Shown here: positions 40,952-52,500 of the stretch, one piece after another | Numbering within the stretch: position 1 is the stretch's first letter | How the letters are laid out: every line of letters starts with the position of its first letter | Source of the DNA: Octopus vulgaris | Taxonomy: Eukaryota | Assembly: GCA_951406725.2 (NCBI GenBank) | Contig: OX597815.1 | Span: 23,064,001-23,128,000, forward strand | Reading direction: 5' to 3' | DNA: 64,000 nucleotides | The notes under the pieces: model-generated | The model's database searches: none | What the model saw: the letters and a program-made list of their open reading frames with translations, nothing else | What the model was told of the DNA's origin: nothing | Translations under genes and position numbers: made by a program

Positions 40952-43900
40952 GTTTAACGTCCGCTTTCCATGCTAGCATGGGTTGGACGATTTTGATTGA
41001 GGGCTGGCGAACCAGATGATTGCACCAGGCTCCAATCTTGATCTGGCAGAGTTTCTACAGCTGGATGCCCTTCCTAACACCAACCACTCCGAGAGTGTAG
41101 TGGGTGCTTTTTACGTGCCACCGGCACAGGGGCCAGTCAGGCAGTACTGGCAATGACCTCGCTTGAATCCTTTTACACATGCCACCAGCTCAGGTGCCAG
41201 TAAGGTGACTTTGGTAACGATCACGCTCGAATGGTGCCCTTTTACGTGCCACTGGCATGGAAACCAGTTGGCTGCTCTGGCAACAATCACACTCTGCCAA
41301 ATCTTTCGTCTATAGAACAATCATATTCAGTAGCTGTGGTTCAGGTAAAATTTTTATCAAATAAAACACTACAATGAAAACCAATGGCAACACAGTTTTG
41401 GCTTAGTCTGAAAGTTATATCCCAGAAAATGATAATAAATATACCAAACTACTAACCCTCTTCAAAGTCAAGTGAGACCTACAATGGAGTACTGCATCCC
41501 ACCTTGAAAAGTTTGGGAGGGAGCACCTAATTTTATTGGCATGAAGTCCCTCATCAGGACACTCCAACCTCTGGTCCAGGATTGTTGCATCCTTTCTTTA
41601 CCTTTCCAACTTATACTACAGTAGCCTCTCTTTATCTGACCTGGCAAGTTCATGCCAAGAATTCCAAACTCATTTGTCTTCTCTCGTCATATACAATGTC
41701 TCACCCAAACCTATTCCTATCACTAGGCCTCGATGTCAACAAGGGTCACGGCCCTGACGGCATACACCCACGGGTTATCAAAGCGTTGGCTCCGGTCATC
41801 TGCGAGTCCTTAACACGTCTATTCAATATGTCATTGGCGACGGGTGTTATACCTGCGGACTGGAGAACAGCGATAATCTGCCCAATTTTCAAGAAAGGCA
41901 GACGCGAAGACCCACTTAACTACCGACCAGTTTCCCTTACATCAATAATCAGCAAGATGTTCGAAACCATCCTTAAGAAAAGTATGATGCTCCACCTCCA
42001 AAACACAGCCTCTATCTCTGATTCCCAACACGGCTTCGTGCCGAAGAGATCATGCTTGACCAACTTACTGGTAATGGAAGAATTGGTGACGCGCATCCTC
42101 GATGATAGTGATGCTGTTGACATCGTTTTATTGGACTTTGCCAAAGCTTTTGACTCGGTAAACCACCGCCTATTACTTGTCAAGCTTCAAGCATATAGTT
42201 TCCATCCGGATATTGTACGATGGGTTGGTGCCTTCCTCTCAGATCGCTCCTTCCGAGTCCAAGTTAATGGTTCGCGGTCCGACGTCTCCAGTGCGAGCAG
42301 TGGCGTGCCTCAAGGTTCAGTGCTTGGGCCCTTATTGTTCTTAGTCTTCATAAATGACTTGCCCGATGACCTCACGCAACACACCCTTCTATTTGCCGAC
42401 GATATCAAACTGGTCGCTCCTCGCGGTGATATAGAGGATCTTCGTCGATGCCTCCACCAAATTTGGAAGTGGTCTAACGAATGGGACCTGAGTCTGAACG
42501 TGTCAAAGTGCTGTTATCTGCCTATTGGCTCTCCTCCTGCAACTCAACTTGATTTCAAGCCGGGTCGTCTGCTGCTGGAGAGGACCGATCAGGTAAAGAA
42601 CCTGGGTATCTTGGTGGATTCCTCCTTTTCGCCTTCGGCCCAGTGCGTCCATGCTGCCAACAAAGCACGCGGAATTCTGTTCTTGATTCGACGGTCATTC
42701 GGAATGCTCACAGCAGCCATATTCCTACCACTCTATGTCACGCTGGTGAGACCCATATTGGAGTACGGGATTCAAGCCTCTTCTCCTTATCTCCTCAAAG
42801 ACATACAGCATCTCGAAAGAGTCCAGAAGCTGGCTACCCGCATGGTTCATGGTCTCAAAAATTTGTCCTATGAAGAAAGGCTGAGGACGCTCGACCTTTA
42901 TTCTCTTGAAAACGCCGCCGCCGTGGTGATCTCATTCTCGCCCACAACATCATAAGCGGAAAGTGTAACCTCTTGAAAGAGCTGTTCTTCACTCCTGCTC
43001 CAGAGCGTCGGCTGCGGGGTCATTCCGAAAAGCTCTACCTGTGACGATTTCATCTCAATCGAAGGAGAGGAGCTTTCTCCGTCCGGGTTGCGGATCCGTG
43101 GAACAAGCTGCCAGACGAGATGGTGAAGATGCTGACGACCGCTTTGTTCAAAGCCTCCCTTGACCTCAAGTGGCCTGAACTCTTTACATGAACACCACCC
43201 TGTACTTAACTCCATGTCCCCCTACATGGCCTTGCTATTTGCTTTTGAGCCAAATTAACTAACTAACTAACTAACCATAACACTTAGTCCTTCTCCCAAA
43301 TGTTGACCCTCTAAATTATCTTCCCAGTCTATGTTTTTCCCTACAGCTATTAAGTACATAAATCTCACAACATTCAGAGGAGCTGTAATGACAACAAAGC
43401 TCTTCTTCCTAACCAAACAAATAAAAGTTTAAGAAAAAAAGCATGTAAATTTACCGTATACATTGGAACAAAGTGTTTATATCAGCAATTAATTCCGATG
43501 AACCTTTATTTTCACTACATAATGTCTGGGTTTTTTCCAAAGCTTGAACAGTTGGTTTCAGCTCATCTTTGTTAACATATTTCCGCACACCCTTAAAAAA
43601 TAGAAACAATATTACATAACATTTAGTGTTAACATTTCTTAGTAATTCAAACCATAATTTTTTTAGTTTCTAGGCCAAACATTTAGCTGTTTGAAATAGA
43701 TGAGGATGAAGTTTCCAGCTAGAACTTATAGCTGTAAACAAGTATGTCTATAAACAAGTTTAAAAATGTGTGAGCCAACAAAAGAAGCCTCGACATGATC
43801 ATTCATTGTGCTAAACATAGCAGTCAAATCTCCCTAAAATAATACCCTACTATTTTTAAACAACAATATTTTTGCTGAAATACACAAGTTTCTTTTTCAA

Positions 43901-46900
43901 TAAATTTTTAAAATTATTGAAGCATTTAGTAAAACAAATCAATGAAAACTGTAGTTGTGATCCCTGTACCAGTGGCAAGTAAAAAGCACCATCCGAACAT
44001 GGCTGATGCCAGTGCCGCCTCGACTGGCTTCCGTGCTGGTGGCACGTAAAGTGCACCAATCCGACCGTGGCCGTTGCCAACCTCGCCTGGCACCTGTGCC
44101 GGTGGCACATAAAAAGCACCCACTACACTCACGGAGTGGTTGGCGTTAGGAAGGGCATCCAGCTGTAGAAACACTGCCAGATCAGACTGGAGCCTGGTGC
44201 AGCCTTCTGGCTTCCCAGATCCTGGTCGAACCATCCAACCCATGTTAGCATGGAAAACGGACGTTAAACGATGAACGGTGATGATCTTTCTTTATTGATG
44301 TTTGGAACATAAATTAATGTGAAATTTTGATGAAAGTTTTTAATTTAAATCAGTTTAAAACAGGAATTTTGTATCATAGAACCAAGATCAACCTCAGATG
44401 GATTGTTATTGAAAGAATTAGAATGGAAAATACATTGTATAATTTAGTCTCAGATGCACTGCCTAAAAATAAGACTATGCTAAAGTCTGAACCAAGTTTG
44501 TTCAATCAGGGCTGATCTGGGGTTCGACAATAAAGTGTTATAGTGATATAAAGGGACCACATAATAAAATATGAATGATTTTTGTGAGTCAATGGCCTAG
44601 TGGTTAGAACAGCAGACTCGCAGTCGAGGGATCATGGGTTCGAATCTCAGACCAGGCGATGTGTGTGTTTATGAGCGAAACACCTAAGCTCCACACGGCA
44701 CCAGCAGAAGGTAATGGCGAACTTCTGCTGACTCTTTCGCCACAACTTTCTCTCACTCTTTCCTCCTGCGTCTTGTAGCTCACCTGCGATGGACTGGCGT
44801 CCCGTCCAGGTGGGAACCTATACACCAAGGAAACCGGGAAACTGGCCCTTACGAACCAAGCATGGCTTGAGAAGGAACAAACAATTTGAGAGACATTTGA
44901 ATAAACTTCATTGAAAACAAGTTGAAAATCAGAATATTTACCAGCAGGCATTTTTACTTGTGTCACAAATTTTTCTCACTAATACCTGGATCGTAATCTT
45001 CATAAAGACTCATAAATAATTAACAAGATCATGTGATATAGAAATGAGTGGATTATGGTTGGCAGAGTCAGTTGAGCATCAGATGAAATATCTTCAAATA
45101 TTTAGTCACTTGTCCTTCCGGGTCTTCTCGCGCACAGCACACTTCCAGAGGACTCGGTCGCTAGTCATTTCCTCAGTGAGACCTAAAGTTCGAAGGTTGT
45201 GCTTCACCAACTCGTCCCAGGTTTTCCTGGGTCTGCCTCTGCCACAGGTTCCCTCAACCGCTAGGGTGTGGCACTTTTTCACACAACTATCTTCATCCAT
45301 TCTCGCCACATGACCATACCAGCGCAAACGTCTCTCTTACACACCACAACTGATGCTTCTTAGGTCCAACTTTTCTCTCAAGGTACTTACACTCTGCCAA
45401 GTATGAGTACTGACATTACACATCCATCGGAGCATACTGGCTTCATTTCTTGCGAGCTTACGCATATCCTCAGCAGTCACGGCCCATGTTTCACTGCCAT
45501 GTAGCATGGCTGTTCGTACACACGCATCATACAGTCTGCCTTTCACTCTGTGCGAGAGGCCTTTTGTCACCAGCAGAGGTAAGAGCTCTCTGAACTTTGC
45601 CCAAGCTATTCTTACTCTAGCAGTTACACTTTCAGCACACCCGCCCCCGCTGCTGACTTGGTCACCTAGGTAACGGAAACTATCAACTATTTCTAGTTTT
45701 TCTCCCTGGAAAGTGACGGAAGTTGGTCTCAGAGCATTTTCAGTGTTTATTGTTCCTGAGCATCTGCCACATACAAAAACCATCTTCCTAGTTAGCCTTC
45801 CTTTGACATTGCTGCACCTCTTATGTGTCCATAGCTTACACTTAGTGCATCTTATAGAGTTTCTACCTACACCTTTTCTACAGATCGAGCAGGGCCATCT
45901 ACCTGAAGGCGTTTGTGATTTGTCTACCTTCCTACTGATTACGACTTTGGTTTTAGCTAGGTTGACTCTGAGGCCCTTCGATTCTAATCCTTGTTTCCAC
46001 ACCTGAAACTTCTCCTCCAGTTCTGATAGCGACTCAGCAATTAGAGCAAGGTCATCAGCATAGAGGAGCTCCCAAGGGCATCCTGTCTTGAATTCCTCCG
46101 TTATTGCCTGGAGGACTATGATAAATAGGAGCGGGCTGAGTACTGAGCCTTGGTGGACCCCTACCTCTACCCGGAATTCTTCACTGTACTCGTTTCCAAC
46201 CCTCACCCTACTAGCAGCGTCCCTATACATGGCCCGCACAGCTCTCACTAACCATTCATCTATCCCTAGTTTCCTCGAAATCGATCAATGGAAATCGATC
46301 AATGGAAATTGCAGATGTGTTACCAGTGCCGGTGACATGTAAGAGAACCTTCCGTTTCGCGACCGTTGCCAGCACCGCCCCGTTTCGTGTCCGTTGCCAC
46401 ATAAAAAGCACCATCCGTTCGTGGCCGTTTGCCAGCTCTGTCTGGCACCTGTGCGGGTGGCACGTAAAAAGCACCCACTACACTCTCGGAGTGGTTGGCG
46501 TTAGGAAGGGCATCCAGCCGTAGAAACACTGCCAGATCTGACTGGGCCTGATGAAGCTTTCTGGCTTCACAGACCCCAGTAGAACCGTCCAACCCATGCT
46601 AGCATGGAAAAACGGACGCTAAACGATGATGATGATGATGATGATGATTTAGTCACATTTCAATTATCTTCTCAGTTAAAATTCCAGTGACACAATTTTT
46701 TTATTTCATGTTTCGAAGGTCAATAATAAAAATGACCAGCAATCTACCCTCTCTCTAACTAATTAAAGCTTTGTTGCTTCATCATCATCATCATCATCAT
46801 TTAGCGTCCGTTTTCCATGCTAGCATGGGTTGGACGGTTCTGCTGGGGTCTGTGAAGCCAGAAGGCTTCATCAGGCCCAGTCAAATCTGGCAGTGTTTCT

Positions 46901-49477
46901 ACGGCTGGATGCCCTTCCTAACGCCAACCACTCCGAGAGTGTAGTGGGTGCTTTTTACGTGCCACCCGCACTGGTGCCAGACAGAGCTGGCAAACGGCCA
47001 CGAACGGATGGTGCTTTTTATGTGCCACCGGCACGAGGGCCAGGCGAGGCTGGCAACAGCTTATATTACAGAACAGTATAATGTCCATTAAATTTATACC
47101 ACAGAAATTTGTCAGAAAAGTATCAAGGAAAATCTGAAGAGGAAACTCACTTTCTTGTATGTATCATTAACACTAGCAGCATACGCTAATAGATAGATGT
47201 ATTTTGGTTTGTGTTCACGGTTGATGGTACGACTACCAGGTTTAAACAAGGCTTCAATAAGTAATTCTGAAAGAAACAAAAAATTGATATTTTGTCAGGA
47301 ACCTCTCACACTCAAATGAATTTATACATCCATCCCCACTTGATCTTTTTGTCTGTATTCTCTCTTATATTCACTTTCTTGCATCTTGAAAGTATACTGA
47401 TACCTTATCACCACCTCACTGTCTTCTCTCTAGCTACTCCTACTCACCCCTATATAATGCAGGTATATCTTCTATAGCAAGACACCTGGGATCTTTTCCT
47501 TTGGAACGGCACATGTCAACACAATTTCTAGTTAACTAAACACTTTAAAACTTCGTATACTGGTAGAATGTGTCAAAATAAAACATTTTTCTCTCTTGGC
47601 TTTCTTGATAAAATTGTAATTCGTTTGTTTAACGTAGTTTAATTTTTCGAATTTTAACCAATGAATCGCCTCTAATTGAGCTAAAATCATTTGCTGCGTC
47701 TAAAACTGAGACAACATCCTGTCACTAACCCTAAATTTTTTTTCTTAATTGTTAAATTAATTTAATTGTTACGCGTGTAACAATGATAATATATATTTAA
47801 ACAATTAACAAACAAAATAATTCTATAATTTTATACACACGCTTTCCGTACGTATACAGAAAGCGTGTGTATAAAATTATAGAATTATTTTGTATCATCA
47901 TCATCATCATCATCGTTTAACGTCCGCTTTCCATGCTAGCATGGGTTGGACGGTTCAACTGGAGTCTGGCAAGCCCGAAGGCTGCACCAGGCCAGTCAGA
48001 TCTGGCAGTGTTTCTACAGCTGGATGCCCTTCCTAACGCCAACCACTCCGAGAGTGTAGTGGGTGATTTTATGTGCCACCGACACAGGTGCCAGACGAGG
48101 CTGGCAGACGGCCACACTCGGGTGTTTTTTTATGTGCCACCGACACAGGTGCCAGATGAGGCTGGCAGACGGCCACGCTCGGATGGTGTTTTCTTATGTG
48201 TCACCGACACAGGTGCCAGACGAGGCTGGCGAACGGCCACGCTCGGATGGTGTTTGTTACATGCCCTCAGCACAGAGGCCAGTCGTTGCGGTACTGGCTA
48301 CGGTCACGTTCGGATGGTTTTCTTATGTGCCACCGGCACTGGTACCACAAGGATACAAATTCCATTGATGTTCATCTATTTTGATTTGGTTCGATTTGAT
48401 TTGATTTGATTTGATTCTCACTTGCCTCAACAGGTCTTCACAAGTGTCACAAGAAGGAAGGTATGCACAGGTGGACTGACTACGTCCCAGGTAGGGGCCA
48501 TGGGTTATGGCTTCACTAGTCTTGCCGGGTCTTCTCACGCACAGCATACTTCCATAGGTCTCGGTCTCTAGTCATTTCCATGGTGAGACCTAACATCCGA
48601 AGGTCGTGCTTCACCACCTCTGTATGTTAATTTGTATGTTAATTGTTTAAATTATTTTCCATTGCTTTAGTTTCTTTTACACGTGTAACAATTAAATTAA
48701 TTTAACAATTAAGAAAAAAAAAAATTTAGGGTTAGGGTTAGTGACAGGATGTTGTCTCTACTATACCCATAATATCACTCAAGTATATGGCAGTGAGCTG
48801 ACAGAATTGTTAGCATACCAGGGAAAATGTTTAGCAGTATTTTGTTCATCTTTATGTTCTGAATTCAGATTCCACCGAGTTTGACTTTGCCTTTCATCTT
48901 TTCAGAGTCATTAAAATAAGTACCAGTTAAACACATATGGGGTCAATGTAATTCACTTACCCTCTCCCCCAAAATTGCTGGCCTTGTGCCAAAATTTGAG
49001 ACCAATATTATTACTCAAGTATTATTTTGTGGTGACCAATAAAGAAGACACTACCGTGTCAAACATTTAATCTGGAAACCGAAGCAAATAACCAAATAAC
49101 TGAAAACTATTCAATACATGGAAGAATGGAAGTCAAAAACAGTCTTTTCAAAGATGTTAGTACTTACCAAGAAAAGCTGGCACCCGGATCAATTCTACTG
49201 GTGGAGGGTTTCCTTCAGAATAACGCTTAAACAACTGTTAAAGAGCAATGAAAATCAAGGCTTATTATTCAAATATATGTAAATTTTTTATCATAAATGT
49301 GTGTATGTATATGTATGTATATATATATATACACATACACACACAAGACACACAGTACATTCTGTAAAGTGGTTGGTGTTAGGAAGAGCATCCAGTTGTA
49401 GAAACTGTGGCAGCTCTACAGCTTACATCAAACCATGTAACCCATACCAGCATAGAAAATAGATGTTAATGATGATG

Positions 49478-49550
<73 letters not shown>

Positions 49551-52500
49551 CTTGGTAGATAAAGCAATCAAGAGTATGAAGGCAGGGAAAACCCCTGGCC
49601 CATCAGGAATCACCGCAGAGATGCTCGAAATATCTGGCAGTGTCGGCTATAGCCTAGTCACCTGTATAGTTAACCAGGTGATACACAAAGGAGTCATACC
49701 CAATGACTGGTGTAGCAGCACCATAGTCAACTGCTACAAAAGTAAAGGTGACGCTTTAGATACAAATAATTACAGAGGTATCAAGTTGTTGGATCAAGTA
49801 ATGAAGGTCATGGAGAGGGTCATAGCCCAACTGATTAGGGAGAGAGTCAGTCTAGATGAGATGCAGTTTGGGTTTGTGCCAGGGAAAAGCACCACTGATG
49901 CTATATTTCTGGTAAGACAGCTGCAGGAGAAATACCTAGCCAAAGATAAACCTTTGTACCTGGCTTTCGTTGATATGGAGAAAGCCTTTAACAGGGTCCT
50001 CTGATCCCTTATCTGGTGGTCAATGAGGAAACTAGGGATAGATGAATGGTTAGTGAGAGCTGTGCGAGCCATGTACAGGGATGCCGTCAGTAAGGTAAGG
50101 GTAGGCAACGAGTACAGTGAAGAATTCCGGGTAGAGGTAGGGGTCCACCAAGGTTCAGTCCTCAGCCCCCTTCTATTTATTATAGTTCTCCAGGCAATAA
50201 CAGAGGAATTCAAGACAGGATGTCCCTGGGAGCTCCTCTATGCAGATGACCTTGCTCTAATTGCTGAGTTACTATCATGCCAGTGAAACATGGGCCGTGA
50301 CTGCTGAGGACATGCGTAAGCTCACAAGGAATGAAGCCAGTATGTTCCACTGGATGTGTAATGCCAGTAATGCCTGGTATAGCTCTCCGGCTTGCCAGCT
50401 CCTGTCAAACCATATGGATATTAAATAATGATGATAATACACACACACACACATAGTCAGGGATTCAAAATTAACCATAAGTATTGTGGTGCTTGCAGAC
50501 AAAATAAATAACTTAAATAGTAATATATATATAAATATATAATTTTCCTGTTAATTTCTATTCAATAATTGTAGAATTGATAAAACAATTAAGAAAATTA
50601 CAACATTCACTTCTAAAATATATTTTTCTGTCAATATTAATTGGTTTAACACAATCTCCTTAAGTCTAACTAGTAACAAAATATGCTTATTTTAGCTGAG
50701 ACTTAGTTGTTGGGAGGGCACTGAACTATTGCTTTAGTTTAGAGATATGATCCTGTTATCAACATGGCTTAATTGATATAAAATTGCAAAAAGTAAATAA
50801 AAGAAGTCAAAAGATATTTAAGGTTTGTTAGTAAATACACTTACAATGGTAATATCTGCCGGGTTTAATGACTGCCGAGACAACATGCATGAGAGTGCCT
50901 GACAGGCACGGGGATAGGCTGCTGCTCCACTCAGTGCCATAGTAATTGGTGTAACATCAAGTCCTCTGGAATGGTAGGAAACATTATTGAAAACCTACTT
51001 GTATATTGAAGATTAGTTGTATTTTTAATGGAAATTGTAGTTGTGATACCAGTGCCGGTGACACGTAAGAGAACCATCCGAATGTGGCCGTTGCCAGCGC
51101 CGCTGTGACTGGCCTCCGTGCTGGTGGCACGTAAAATGCACTGTCCGATCGTGGCCGTTGCTAGCCCCATCTGGCCTCCGTGCTGGTGGCACGTAAAACG
51201 CACCATCCGATCGTGGCCGTTGCTAGCCTCGTCTGGTACCTGTGCCGGTGGCACGTAAAAAGCATCCACTACACTCACGGAGTGGTTGGCGTTAGGAAGG
51301 GCATCCAGCTGTAGAAACACTGCCTGACCAGACCCCAGTTGAACCGTCCAACCCATGCTAGCATGGAAAGCGGACGTTAAACAATGATGATTTTTATAAC
51401 ACATCTACAACATATGAGTTAAATAATTTTATATATCATTATATAGCCACCTTTTATCATATTTAATGTATATATACACCATTTACCCTTTAGCATTCAG
51501 TTTACTGTCAAATGTAATGCTTATTCATTCATATTGTTTTGAGTTAATTATCTCATAACTTCAAGATATCAATGATATGACTCTTTACTTTTAAATGACA
51601 GTGTAGGGTAGATATGAGAGGCCAGAGCTGGCTGATTTGAACATAAAACAGATAGAATATTATTTGGCTTAAATGCTAAAAGGTTGATAGGCCAGTTACT
51701 GCAGTTTTTGTCCTGAGATAAAATCTGTTATGAATGTGCTGTGTTAAAATCATGACAAATATTAGTGGGAAACAAAAACCACTCCAGCACCTAGTGTTCT
51801 CATTGGCTGTTGCTTGAGTAATATTCGTCTCCCTATGATATTTATTGCATTTTTAACACAGCATGTCCATAAGAGATGTTACCCCAGGACAAATACCACA
51901 ATAACTAGCCTATCAGCAAAGTATACACATTAAGTATGATACGCAGATGGCTATATAATATTTTATGTAAAAGAACTTTTTTTACCCATGCCAGTGGCAC
52001 TTAAAAGGCACCATTCGAACGTGATCGTTACCAGCGTCGCCTTACTGGCACTTGTGTCCGTGCTAGTAGGGTGCCAACAGCACCATCCAAGCGTGTTCGT
52101 TGCCAGAGCAGCCAACTGGCTTCCATGCTAGTGGTACATAAAAGGGCATCACTCAAGCGTGATCGTTAAAACGATTCGAGTGAAGTCGTAGCCAATACCG
52201 CCTGACTGGCCCCCGTGGCGGTGGCACGTAAAAAGCATCCACTACACTCTCGGAGTGGTTGGTGTTAGGAAGGGCATCCAGCTGTAGAAATTCTGCCAGA
52301 TCAAGATTGGAGCCTGGTGCAGCCATCTGGCTCGCCAGCCCTCAGTCAAAATCGTCCAACCCATGCTAGCATGGAAAGCGGACGTTAAATGATGATGATG
52401 ATGTTTTATTTAAATGATGCAAAAAAAAATATCTGAATATCAATACACAAAAAAAATACATTCTTGAAAGAAAAATTCTTGGTTTTCTTTTCAGCATAAA

